Positions 18,096 through 27,295 of a stretch of 64,000 bases of DNA are shown here, piece by piece; position 1 is the stretch's first letter; each line of letters opens with the position of its first letter. A program made the translations under genes and the position numbers. The notes below the pieces were generated by a model. The model ran no database searches. It was given only the letters and a program-made list of their open reading frames with translations, and was not told where the DNA came from. The DNA comes from an uncultured Alphaproteobacteria bacterium (GTDB taxonomy: Bacteria; Pseudomonadota; Alphaproteobacteria; Acetobacterales; Acetobacteraceae): contig CAWKLX010000002.1 of the NCBI GenBank assembly GCA_963850605.1, positions 396,966 through 460,965 of the forward strand, written 5' to 3'.

Positions 18096-18677
18096 ATGTC
18101 CACCGTCCATTCGTTGGAACACGCCGAACATGCCGAGCACGCGGCCGGGCACGGCTCCAAGAACGCCGCCCTGCTGGTGGCCATTCTGGCCGCGCTGCTC
18201 GCGCTGACCGAGGTGCAGGCCAAGCACGCCGAAATCCTGGTCGAGGAAAGCTCGATCGCGGCTGCCGATAGCTGGACGCAGTACCAGGCCAAATCCATCC
18301 GCCAGGCGATGGCGCGCGACCTGCAGCGCGTGGCCTCCACGCTCGAGACGCCAACCGACCCGGCGCTGGCCGCCAAACGCCAGGAGCTGCTGGCCGCCCT
18401 GCAGGCCGACCAGACGCGCTACGACAATGACCCCAAGGACGGCAAGAAGGCGATCGCCCGCCGTGCCCAGGCGCACGAGGAGGATCGCGACAACACGCTG
18501 GAACGCGCGCACGCCTTCGACAACGCCGCGGCCTCGCTGGAACTGGGCATCGTGCTGGCGACCGCGTCCGCGATCACGGCTTCGACGATGCTGATACGAA
18601 TCGCGTTGGGGCTCGGTGTGACAGGTGTTTTCTTGGCGGGGCTTGCTTTGGTGCATCCGTCTTGGGGGGCGTTCTAA
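18096..18677 (+). CDS. DUF4337-like membrane protein
   Basis: The sequence MSTVHSLEHAEHAEHAAGHGSKNAALLVAILAALLALTEVQAKHAEI...SWTQYQAKSIRQ and two C-terminal TM helices match my memory of the DUF4337 architecture. Confidence 0.6.
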   Translation: MSTVHSLEHAEHAEHAAGHGSKNAALLVAILAALLALTEVQAKHAEILVEESSIAAADSWTQYQAKSIRQAMARDLQRVASTLETPTDPALAAKRQELLAALQADQTRYDNDPKDGKKAIARRAQAHEEDRDNTLERAHAFDNAAASLELGIVLATASAITASTMLIRIALGLGVTGVFLAGLALVHPSWGAF

Positions 18678-18684
18678 GCAAGGC

Positions 18685-18706
18685 GTTCTTTCTTGAAAGA
18701 AAGAAC
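18685..18706. terminator. Bidirectional hairpin terminator (GTTCTTTCTT-GA-AAGAAAGAAC), member of a conserved hairpin family
   Basis: Perfect 10-bp stem between convergent genes (stops at 18677 and 18717), followed by CAAAGAACTTTTAC. Confidence 0.6.
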
Positions 18707-18716
18707 CAAAGAACTT

Positions 18717-19800
18717 TTACGAATGTCGGCGCACCGCAATCAGGTGCGCCGCGTAGTTGACGAAACTGCGGTCGTGCAGGCGGGTTTGCCACGGCCAGCG
18801 CGGCACGTCGCCGGCCACGCGCACGCCGGCTACCGACTGTGCATGCGCCCCCGGCGTCAACAGCGTGCGCAGGAAACCCTCCGCCGCGCCTGCATGATCC
18901 GCGCGCTGCGAGTGGCCGCCGATCCAATGCTGCGGCTGCGTCGCCCGCACCGACCAGTCGTACGGCGTGGCCAGCAGAATATGTCCGCCCGGCCGCGTTG
19001 CCCTGGCCAGCTCGGCCAGCAGCGCGTAGGGCGCTCCCACGCAGTCGAGCACATTCAACGCCGCCGTCAGGCCGGCCGTCCCATCGATGAACGGCAAAGC
19101 CGCCGCGTCGCACAGCCAGAAATCGACGCGCGACGACCCGGCCAGATCGACCGCGAAACAGCGCCGGTCATAGACCAGCCCGATACGCCGGCGCGGGTAC
19201 TCGACGCGCCCGCGCGCGGCCGCGCGCCCCAGCCTAAGCAGGCCGGGGTTCGTGTCGATGCCCAGCACCAACGCCTCCGGCGCGCGCGCCGCCAGCGCGA
19301 ACGTGCTGCCACCGGCTGCGCATCCCAAGTCCAAGATCAGACTTGTCTGCGCCAAGCCACATATATCCATGAGCCGGTCCACGCAGCGTGCGGCCGTCCC
19401 CGGAACCGGGCCGCCCTCCTCGGCATGCTCTGTCGGATCGGTACGCCGCATACGAATCCCAGCCATAGGTGGAGGCCGCCTGACGCGCGGCATCCAGCCA
19501 GCTCCCCTGCCCCAGCGCGTCGCCCAGCAGGCTCTCCAACGGTGCCGGCAGGTTCTGGCGCAGCAGGAACTCGGCCCCACGTTGGGCCAGCACCGCGGCC
19601 ACATCGGCCACGATCACCGGTACGCCGTCGATCACCGGATACTCCTGACGGCAGCCCTCCGTCGGGCAGTGCAGAACCGCCATCTCGATGTCGCCATCCT
19701 GCTCGGTGAATACATCGGCGATCACCAGGGCCGCCGTGTGCCCGGCCACCAAACAGCGCGGGCAGACCGGCCGGAACGCCTCGAAATGGCCGCGCCGCAC
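18717..19800 (-). pseudogene. Trm112-like zinc-ribbon + class I SAM-dependent methyltransferase, apparent frame break near 19440
   Basis: ORF 19234-19800 starts MRRGHFEAFRPVCPRCL...LHCPTEGCRQEYPVIDGVPVIV (Trm112-like) and becomes nonsense after ...STYGWDSYAAY. ORF 18717-19604 in another frame continues ...TDPTEHAEEGGP...LILDLGCAAGGSTFALAARAP..LGIDTNP (SAM motif I). Confidence 0.7.
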
Positions 19801-19809
19801 GCCCGCCGC

Positions 19810-20196
19810 TCAGCCTCCGATCGTGACGGTGGGGCACCCCGGCCCGGTGATCGAGCCGGTGGGGCTCGGAATGGGCGCCACGCAGCTCAGATGCGAGGTC
19901 ATGTCGCCCACCCGCGCGGCCGGCAGTTTGCAGATGGTGACCGTCGCCGACCCCTTGGCGATGATGCCCGGCCCGGCCGGTACGCAGCCCGGCAAGGTGC
20001 ATGTTTTGGTCAGGTCGCCGACCCGCGCGGCCGGCTGCCCGCCGATCGTCACTGTTGCCGCCCCGGGCGACATTATCGGCAGTGGCAATGCGGGGTGCGG
20101 CACCGGGGTCGGCACCAGCGCGGCTGGATGTATGGGGGCGTGGCAATGCGGCGCTTCCTGCAGCACCAGGTCCGTCAGGCGCGCGGCGAACGGCAT
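19810..20196 (-). CDS. PAAR-domain protein (T6SS spike-tip family), stand-alone
   Basis: The 128-aa product has two PAAR motifs, TIGGQPAARVGD and ICKLPAARVGD, and ends TVTIGG. No vgrG or hcp is visible nearby. Confidence 0.8.
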   Translation of the reverse strand: MPFAARLTDLVLQEAPHCHAPIHPAALVPTPVPHPALPLPIMSPGAATVTIGGQPAARVGDLTKTCTLPGCVPAGPGIIAKGSATVTICKLPAARVGDMTSHLSCVAPIPSPTGSITGPGCPTVTIGG

Positions 20197-20284
20197 GCAC
20201 GATACCTCCCGGGCCGGCAGGGTAATGGTCTATACCGGCCCTGACCAGTGGCGCGCGGCCGCGCCGGCCGGCGAAGGGGCCGCA

Positions 20285-21418
20285 ATGAGCTGTTACTGTT
20301 ACCAGACGATGCAGGCGGCGGCCCAGGACATGGCCGCGCTGGCCGAGTCGGAGCCGCAGCAGCCAATCTCGGGCGCCCCACTGCTGCGCGCTCTGTCCGA
20401 CTGGATGGGTGTGCGGGCCCTACCGGCCCCCGCCTGGCAACCCGACCCGGCCTGGCTCGACCGGCCTCTCCCTGTGATGCCGCTCTCCGCCGATGCAATG
20501 GCCACAATCTCGGCGCTCGGCCAGCTCCAGGCCGAGGCGCAGGACTGCCTGGGGCTGGACCTGACCGATCCCGCCCAGGAACGCGCCTTCGCGCGCGTGG
20601 TGGCGACCGCGCAGGCCAGGGCGCAAAGCCTGGTCGAAAGCGGGCTGGACCCGGGCACGCTGAGCCAGCTTGCGGCCACGCAATACGCGGCCGACCAGAC
20701 CGCGGCCGCCGTGGAGCAGAACGTGCTTCCGGTCCCGCCCGACCGCGTCCAGGCGGCGGCCGCCCTGCCGATGCAGACCTGGCAGCCCTGGCTCCGCACC
20801 CTCCGCACATTGGCGCCGCTGATCGCGGTCGCGCACCAGCTCGGCATCGACCTTTCGGGAGATTTCACCGCGCCGCTGTCGGCGAAGCTGCGCACCCTGC
20901 GCGCGATCGGCTTGCCACCACCGCCGCAAGCCGCCCAGGCCGCCACGGGCCGTGCCACCAGCGCCCTGGCCGCGCTCGCCCAGTTGCGCGATGCTCTGGG
21001 CGTGGATCCGCTGAAAGCCGGCATGCCCATGCTTCAGTCGCTCGTGGCAGCACGGGCGCGTTCGGCCCTGGAAAACCTGGCCGACGCCACGGGCAGCTCG
21101 CCCGAAAAGCTGGCGGCCCTGGTGCCGGCCCAAGTCGTCGCGCGGCTGCCGGCCTTGCCATATTGCCCGACAAGCTTTGCGACGCCGGCCGTGGTGCAGG
21201 CGGCGCACGCCATCAACCCGGACGCGTTGGCCCGGATGACATGGACGATCCCGCCCGCCTCCAGTCTGGCGGCGATCACGGCGGGGCTGCCGGTCATCGC
21301 CTTCGCGTGCCGATACCAGGCCGCAACTGGCCAGCGTCCGGCGCGTCCCACGCCCTGCGGCGGCCAATGCGACGCCGCCGGGCTGACGAAAGCCGCGGCA
21401 CAGGACGATCGAGCATGA
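20285..21418 (+). CDS. Ala/Leu/Pro-rich hypothetical protein
   Basis: ATG at 20285 follows GAAGGGG and gives MSCYCYQTMQAAAQDMAALAESEP... The upstream part of track ORF 19688-21418 is antisense to the PAAR gene and was discarded. The stop overlaps the next ATG (ATGA at 21415-21418). No family recognised. Confidence 0.55.
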   Translation: MSCYCYQTMQAAAQDMAALAESEPQQPISGAPLLRALSDWMGVRALPAPAWQPDPAWLDRPLPVMPLSADAMATISALGQLQAEAQDCLGLDLTDPAQERAFARVVATAQARAQSLVESGLDPGTLSQLAATQYAADQTAAAVEQNVLPVPPDRVQAAAALPMQTWQPWLRTLRTLAPLIAVAHQLGIDLSGDFTAPLSAKLRTLRAIGLPPPPQAAQAATGRATSALAALAQLRDALGVDPLKAGMPMLQSLVAARARSALENLADATGSSPEKLAALVPAQVVARLPALPYCPTSFATPAVVQAAHAINPDALARMTWTIPPASSLAAITAGLPVIAFACRYQAATGQRPARPTPCGGQCDAAGLTKAAAQDDRA

Positions 21419-22569
21419 CTGGCGCGCTCACCGGAATCCGCATCATCGAGATTGCCGGCATAGGACCGGGCCCGTTCGCGGCCATGATGCTGGCGGACCA
21501 TGGGGCGGAGGTCATCAGGATCGATCGCCCAGGCGGCGCCCTTGGCGGTACCCCGGCCGATCGTGCGGCCGACATACTTGCCCGGTCGCGCAACACCATC
21601 GTCATCGACCTGAAATCGCCTGCCGGCGCCGAAATCGTCGCGGATCTGGCCGCGGGCGCGGATGGATTGATCGAAGGTTTTCGGCCGGGGGTGATGGAGC
21701 GCCTAGGCCTGGGTCCCTCGGCGCTGCACGCCCGCAACCCCCGCCTGGTCTATGGACGGATGACCGGTTGGGGCCAGGACGGACCCCTCGCCCAAGTAGC
21801 GGGACACGACATCAACTACATCGCCCTGTCCGGCGCGCTGCACGGCTTCGGCCGCGCCGGCGGGAAGCCCACGCCGCCCAGCAACCTCGTCGGTGATTTC
21901 GGTGGCGGCGGCATGCTGCTGGCGTTCGGCATGCTGGCAGGCATCCTGTCCGCCCGTGCCACCGGCCAGGGCCAGGTGATCGACTGCGCCATGAACGAGG
22001 GCGCGGCGCTTCTGTCATCCATGATCTGGGGTTTTCACGCGCAGGGGGTCTGGCGGGACGAGCGCGGGGTCAACATGCTCGACACCGGCGCGCATTTCTA
22101 TGACACGTACGAAACCGCCGATGGCCTGTTCATCGCGCTCGGTGCAATTGAACCGCAATTCTACCATATGTTCCGCGCGCGCGCGGGTTTGCTCGACGAC
22201 CCGGACTTCGATGCCCAGTTTGACCAGGCCGGCTGGCCGGCGCTGAAAGACAAACTCGCCGCGACATTCCGCCAGCGCACGCGTGCCGAGTGGTGCGCGA
22301 TGCTGGAAGGCACCGATGCCTGCGTAGCGCCGGTGCTGTCCATGGCCGAGGCGCCGCACCACGTGCATAACGCGGCTCGTGGCGTGTTCGTGGATGTGGC
22401 TGACGTTACTCAGCCTGCGCCGGCGCCGCGTTTCTCGCACACGCCGCCCGCACGGCCGCGGCCGTCCAGCGCGCCTGGGGAGGATGCCCGCGCAATACTC
22501 AATCGCCTGGGCTACTCGGCGGCCCGTATTGAGAGCCTGGCGCGATCCGGTGCGGTGGGGCTGTCTTAA
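21415..22569 (+). CDS. Family III CoA-transferase (CaiB/BaiF; alpha-methylacyl-CoA racemase-like)
   Basis: The N-terminus MTGALTGIRIIEIAGIGPGPFAAMMLADHGAEVIRIDRPGG is typical of the family. GHDINYIALSGAL and SNLVGDFGGGG are also present. Confidence 0.85.
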   Translation: MTGALTGIRIIEIAGIGPGPFAAMMLADHGAEVIRIDRPGGALGGTPADRAADILARSRNTIVIDLKSPAGAEIVADLAAGADGLIEGFRPGVMERLGLGPSALHARNPRLVYGRMTGWGQDGPLAQVAGHDINYIALSGALHGFGRAGGKPTPPSNLVGDFGGGGMLLAFGMLAGILSARATGQGQVIDCAMNEGAALLSSMIWGFHAQGVWRDERGVNMLDTGAHFYDTYETADGLFIALGAIEPQFYHMFRARAGLLDDPDFDAQFDQAGWPALKDKLAATFRQRTRAEWCAMLEGTDACVAPVLSMAEAPHHVHNAARGVFVDVADVTQPAPAPRFSHTPPARPRPSSAPGEDARAILNRLGYSAARIESLARSGAVGLS

Positions 22570-22592
22570 TGGGCTGACGGCAGAAAGAAAGC

Positions 22593-22616
22593 GGTCCTTT
22601 TTTGCAAAAAAGGACC
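22593..22616. terminator. Hairpin GGTCCTTTTTTGC/GCAAAAAAGGACC
   Basis: Perfect 12-bp palindrome 24 nt after the CoA-transferase stop, flanked by A/T runs. Confidence 0.6.
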
Positions 22617-22665
22617 AAAAAATTTCTATCGGTTTGCTTCGCGACAGAACTGACAAAAGTTTTTT

Positions 22666-22689
22666 GCTTCTTTTCTTCAGAAAAGAAGC
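22666..22689. terminator. Hairpin GCTTCTTTTCT-TC-AGAAAAGAAGC (conserved family)
   Basis: 11-bp stem 23 nt downstream of the permease stop (minus strand), preceded by ACAAAAGTTTTTT. Confidence 0.6.
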
Positions 22690-22711
22690 CTTTTTCGAGT
22701 TCGGCTTGGAA

Positions 22712-24100
22712 TTACGCGTCCGGCGCCCGCAAAACCCAAACGCCCCGTCGCCGCAACACGAATTGATAATAGGCTGCCGAAAGCACGATGATCACGCCCG
22801 TGGCGACAAGCCCTGGCCGCCCCAGATCCGGGTCGAGCACGTCAGTATAGAGCACGAACAGCAGCACCAACAGCGCCACCACCGGCGCCCAAGGGAAAAG
22901 CGGCATGCGATAGGCGGCATGGTCCGTGGTGCCGGTGCGGCGCCCGGCGATCACCGCCACGCACAGCGCGCCATAGACGATCACGATCGCCGAGCCTGTC
23001 ATTACCAGAAGCTGGTGCAGGCTGACCGCGCAGAGCAGGCAGGCCAGCGCGCCGGTTACCAAAGTTGCAGCCCAGGGCGAGCCGAAACGCGGATGCACCA
23101 GCATCAGCGCGCGGTTCACCGGCGCCGCCCACACCGCATCGCGCCCGCTGCTGAACAACATGCGCGATACCAGCACCACCACCGCGATATCGGCGTTGAT
23201 GATCGATAGTGCCACGGACAGGTTCATCGCCACACCCAGCCCGGCGCCGCCGCGCGCGCGCACGAAGTCGCCGAACATCGTGTCGGCGCCGAACATGGCG
23301 GCCAGATCGGGTGCGCCATGCAAGGCGGCCGCCAGGGGCAGCACCTGGCTGACCACACTGATGACCAGCGCCCACAGCACTGCGCGCGCCACGTGGCGGG
23401 GCGCATTCTCGATTTCCTCGCCCAGGTAGACTGCATTGCCGTAACCGTAGAAGGCGAAAATCGCCACCGAGCTCGCCAGCGCGATGGCGCCCAGGCTCGC
23501 TGGAACTAGATGGCCGGCGCTGCCGAGCATGACGGGATGGGCCAGCAACGTAACCCACTGACGCGCGGGATAGACGAACCCGAGTATCGTCACCACCACA
23601 AGCGCCAGCAACTCCAACCCCAGAAAGGCGCCGGTGATCAATGCGTTAGTACGCACGTTGAGGATGGCGCACAGCGTGGTGAACACCAGGCAGATCAGCG
23701 CGTCCCCGATGACCGGCGTGCCGGGAAAGACGGCGTTGACGTAATTGCCCAGTCCCAGGGCCACGACGGTGATGTTGAGCAGCAACACCACCAGATTTAC
23801 ACCGAGCACAACAAAGCCGGCCAGCGGCCCCAGCGTGCGGCCGACGATGGCGTATTCGCCGCCGGTGAGCGGAAAGGCCGAGGCGAGCTCGGCATACACA
23901 AAGGCGACCAGCAGGCTGACAAAGGCGGCGATCCCGAAACTCCACAGCGCGCCGCTGCCCGCCTGTTCGATGACGCCGGGCACCACGATGAAGATCGAGG
24001 AGGCTGGGGTGACCGAGGAAAGGGTGATCAGCAAGCAGCCGATCATTTTCATGCGGCGGTCGAAGGAGGGGGTAACGAGGGCGGGCGCGGCGGTCGTCAT
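22712..24100 (-). CDS. APC-superfamily amino acid/polyamine permease
   Basis: ATG at 24100 gives MTTAAPALVTPSFDRRMKMIGCLLITLSSVTPASSIFIVVPGV, followed by about 12 hydrophobic segments. The 153 codons upstream in the track ORF are Arg-rich nonsense. Confidence 0.8.
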   Translation of the reverse strand: MTTAAPALVTPSFDRRMKMIGCLLITLSSVTPASSIFIVVPGVIEQAGSGALWSFGIAAFVSLLVAFVYAELASAFPLTGGEYAIVGRTLGPLAGFVVLGVNLVVLLLNITVVALGLGNYVNAVFPGTPVIGDALICLVFTTLCAILNVRTNALITGAFLGLELLALVVVTILGFVYPARQWVTLLAHPVMLGSAGHLVPASLGAIALASSVAIFAFYGYGNAVYLGEEIENAPRHVARAVLWALVISVVSQVLPLAAALHGAPDLAAMFGADTMFGDFVRARGGAGLGVAMNLSVALSIINADIAVVVLVSRMLFSSGRDAVWAAPVNRALMLVHPRFGSPWAATLVTGALACLLCAVSLHQLLVMTGSAIVIVYGALCVAVIAGRRTGTTDHAAYRMPLFPWAPVVALLVLLFVLYTDVLDPDLGRPGLVATGVIIVLSAAYYQFVLRRRGVWVLRAPDA

Positions 24101-24289
24101 ACCGGCCAAGCTAGCCCCCACCGCCCAAAGCCTTGTCAAGGCGCGGGGCAGGTATGGAACTTGCTTCGTCGGCCCTGGATGTGGCGCGGGGGTGACGCTC
24201 CGGGCCGTGTTGTCGGCAAAAGTCAACGGAAAGCTTGCGATTTGGATGGCTTTGCCCCGCAATCGACCATCACGATTTGGAGAAACATC

Positions 24290-26797
24290 TTGGGTTGTCC
24301 GGTGCCCCGCCTGCTCGCCATCGCCATCGCCATCGCCGCCGGGTTGGCCGGCCCTGCCGTGGCACAGCCGCAGGATCCGGCGCTGCAAACGGCTACGCCC
24401 CGCGGACAGGCCCGGCAGGACCGCCAATCCAGCACCGCGGGTGTGGCGAACGGCAAGGTCGAAGAGATCGTCGTCACATCGCAAAAACGCTCGGAGAACG
24501 TGCGGAAGGTGCCGCTGAGTGTCACGGTGCTGAGCGGCGCGCAGATACGGGCGGCACACATCCAGAACTTCGCCGACCTCACGCGGGCCGTGCCGAACCT
24601 GTCGTTCTCCAGTCAGGCCGGCGAGGGCCTTTCAACGCTGGAGTTGCGCGGCATCGCCAGCCAGGCGGGCACGGCGACGGTAGCGCTCTACCTGGACGAC
24701 GTGTCGCTGACCACGCGCAATCTCAGCACCGAAGGTACGGCCGAGCCGCGTTTTCTCGATATCTCTCGCGTCGAAGTGCTGCGCGGTCCGCAGAGCACAC
24801 TCTACGGCGCCAGCGCGCTGGGTGGTACGCTGCGCTACATCACCAACCAGCCCAAGCTGGACGTGTATGAGGGCAACGTATTCTCGGAGTTGTCAGGCAC
24901 ATACCACGGCACGGTCAACTGGGACGAGCAAGGCGTCGTGAACATTCCGCTCGTGCCCAACAAGCTGGCCCTGCGCCTCGCGGCCGAGACGGGCGGGGAT
25001 GGCGGTTACATCACCAACGTAAACCCCGCCAACGGCAGCGTGGTCAAGGACAACATCAACAGCCAGGGTTTCAACGTGGTGCGCGGCACGCTGCTGTGGA
25101 AACCGAACGACTGGCTGACAGTCACCCCCGGCGTTTTCTTCCAGAATTACGATACGCGCGACGTGGATGCGCAGTATCTTTCGCTGCCGCACTTCCAGAC
25201 GCCGAAAGTGGTGGCAGAGCCCGGGCGCGACAAGCTGATTGTGCCGTCGGTTACCATCAACGCCGATCTGGGTTTTGCGAATTTGATTGCCGTGACTGGA
25301 AATTTCGAACGCCAGTTCCATCGCACGTTGGATAGCACGATCTACGACAACTTGGCGCTGTATGTATGTGACCCGCTTGATACGGCCATCACCTGCACGG
25401 ATAACGCGGGCAACCCCGTGTATAATGCCCCGCCCGGGCTATACGGCGCGCTGAACAACCTTCCGAGTGAAACGTTGTACAGCAATACAATCAGGCAATG
25501 GTCGGAGGAAATACGGCTGGTTTCCAAACCCTACGTGCCCGGTGAGGGATTGCCGTTCACCTGGATCGCGGGACTCTACTACTCCGACGAGCATACGACA
25601 TCGACCGATACTGAGTTCGTAAACGGGGCTAGCGCACTATTCCGCCGCTTCAACGCCAATCCGGCCGACCCCACCGTCATCCTCGGCGGCTTTCCAGGCG
25701 CTATCGTCAACGACGGGGTTAACGCAAGCGAGCAGTCGTACGACACTGCGCAGTATGCCGTATTCGGCGAGGGCACCTACTACCCGCTGCCGAACGTCCG
25801 ACTGACCGCAGGCGCGCGTTACCAATTCTCCCGCGATGGCGAGAGTTCCTTCCAGAGCCAATTCTATTCGTATGGTGATACCGGGCTGCGCACATCCGTC
25901 GGGCATTTCTATGCATTCACACCAAAGTTCGCGGTCGGCTGGGACATCACCCCGGACAACACAATCTACGCCAACGCCTCAAAAGGTTTCAGGCTGGGCA
26001 GCGAGAACCGCGAGCTTCCCTTCATCCCGGCAGAGGCGGGTGCAAGCGGCACACCCAGCTACGACTTGGCGCAACTCGGCCTGCGCACCTCGCCCATCAG
26101 CTTCGGGCCCGACAAACTGTGGAACTACGAGATCGGCGACAAGGCGCGCCTACTCGGAGGAAGGCTGCTGGTCAACGCCGATTTTTTCTACATCATGTGG
26201 AGCGACATCCAGCAGCTCGTCCCACTCGTCACCTCCGGCCTGACATTCGAGACGAATGCCGGGGCGGCGACCAGCTATGGCGGGGAGTTCGAGATACGCG
26301 GCCGCGTTACCGGCAGCCTCACGCTCGGCTTGTCGGGCAGTGTGGTGAATGCGACGCTGGACGACGGCGTCAACATCAACGGCCACTTGGTCAACGGTAC
26401 CTTCGCCGGCGAGAAAGTGCCAGGTGTACCGGAGTACAATTTCGTATTTGATGCAAAACAGAACTTTCGCGTCAACGATGACGTGAATGGTTTCCTGACG
26501 CTGACACCGACCTGGGTCGGCGACAGCCATGGCGATGTGGTCACGACCAACCCGGACTATAAACGCCCAAGCTATATCACGCTGGACATGACGGCGGGCC
26601 TAGATTTCGGAGGGTGGGAGCTGACGGTTTTCGGCCGTAACCTGACCAACAACAACAAGATCATCCAGCGGCCGGATATTCAGGGATCGGCATCTTCAGC
26701 CTATGGCCTCGATTATCTGGGCACATTCGTGCGCAATACGCAGGGCTTCACCTTGCGTCCGTTGACCGTCGGGATGAATGCAAGCCTGCGATTCTAG
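24290..26797 (+). CDS. TonB-dependent outer-membrane receptor
   Basis: TTG at 24290 lies 6 nt after GGAGAA (alternative GTG at 24302). The signal peptide is LLAIAIAIAAGLAGPAVAQ. The plug region is EEIVVTSQKRSENVRKVPLSVTVLSG...RVEVLRGPQSTLYGASALGG, and the barrel ends MNASLRF. Confidence 0.9.
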   Translation: MGCPVPRLLAIAIAIAAGLAGPAVAQPQDPALQTATPRGQARQDRQSSTAGVANGKVEEIVVTSQKRSENVRKVPLSVTVLSGAQIRAAHIQNFADLTRAVPNLSFSSQAGEGLSTLELRGIASQAGTATVALYLDDVSLTTRNLSTEGTAEPRFLDISRVEVLRGPQSTLYGASALGGTLRYITNQPKLDVYEGNVFSELSGTYHGTVNWDEQGVVNIPLVPNKLALRLAAETGGDGGYITNVNPANGSVVKDNINSQGFNVVRGTLLWKPNDWLTVTPGVFFQNYDTRDVDAQYLSLPHFQTPKVVAEPGRDKLIVPSVTINADLGFANLIAVTGNFERQFHRTLDSTIYDNLALYVCDPLDTAITCTDNAGNPVYNAPPGLYGALNNLPSETLYSNTIRQWSEEIRLVSKPYVPGEGLPFTWIAGLYYSDEHTTSTDTEFVNGASALFRRFNANPADPTVILGGFPGAIVNDGVNASEQSYDTAQYAVFGEGTYYPLPNVRLTAGARYQFSRDGESSFQSQFYSYGDTGLRTSVGHFYAFTPKFAVGWDITPDNTIYANASKGFRLGSENRELPFIPAEAGASGTPSYDLAQLGLRTSPISFGPDKLWNYEIGDKARLLGGRLLVNADFFYIMWSDIQQLVPLVTSGLTFETNAGAATSYGGEFEIRGRVTGSLTLGLSGSVVNATLDDGVNINGHLVNGTFAGEKVPGVPEYNFVFDAKQNFRVNDDVNGFLTLTPTWVGDSHGDVVTTNPDYKRPSYITLDMTAGLDFGGWELTVFGRNLTNNNKIIQRPDIQGSASSAYGLDYLGTFVRNTQGFTLRPLTVGMNASLRF

Positions 26798-26992
26798 CAC
26801 AGCATCAACCAGGTGAGTCCAGGGCCGCCGGGTTGCACGACGCCGGACGTTGGCCATTTGAAGATTCCGCGGTGCCGTGCTTAGAGCGGGCGCCGCGGAG
26901 AAACCCTGGGCGGCGATGCGCAATCGGGCGTGCGGACGAGGGGTGAGGGGTATGACGCGTATGCGCGCGCCACGAGGGACAGACCGAGCCTG

Positions 26993-27271
26993 ATGAACGA
27001 TCAAGACCAAAATGATGTGAAAGCGGGTGAGCCGCCTGTGCCGGGGGGCGCCAGGCAGGGAAGGCGCCTGTCCGACAAAATCCTGGTGGCTTTCCATCAC
27101 GCCTGCGATGCCCAGGACCTCGCAGTGGCCGAACAGCTTCTGAAGACGCTTGAAACGATGCTGACCCGCCGGTCCATGCCGTCCGAGCAAAACCGTCGCA
27201 AATCGTTGGAGAGCCTGGTCGCGGCGCATGAGCGTTTGTGGCACCTTCGCCACCGCGAGAAATCGACCTGA
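26993..27271 (+). CDS. Small hypothetical protein (92 aa)
   Basis: ATG at 26993 gives MNDQDQNDVKAGEPP...ILVAFHHACDAQDLAVAEQLLKTLETMLTRR. The composition is helical and coding-like. No family recognised. Confidence 0.4.
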   Translation: MNDQDQNDVKAGEPPVPGGARQGRRLSDKILVAFHHACDAQDLAVAEQLLKTLETMLTRRSMPSEQNRRKSLESLVAAHERLWHLRHREKST

Positions 27272-27295
27272 GCGTGTCCGTGACGCTGGGGGCTT

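Noticed and set aside
19688-20284. 5' extension of ORF 19688-21418, and ORFs 19252-20244 and 19337-20200
   Set aside because: They overlap the PAAR and Trm112-like genes on the other strand. The sequence is Arg/Pro-rich, and a good RBS+ATG exists at 20285.
20248-21414. 5' 389 codons of the 773-aa ORF 20248-22569
   Set aside because: The frame is Arg/Gly/Pro nonsense until the CoA-transferase N-terminus (MTGALTGIRIIEIAG) at 21415. The other frame holds the coupled upstream gene.
23510-24289. 5' 260 codons of the 1,095-aa TonB-receptor ORF
   Set aside because: This part is antisense to the APC permease and its composition is Gln/Arg/Asp/Gly nonsense. The signal peptide begins at 24290.
24101-24289. 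Fur box or iron-regulation site in the permease / TonB-receptor divergent region
   Set aside because: There is only a short direct repeat (CGATTTGGA twice) and nothing resembling the GATAATGATAATCATTATC consensus.
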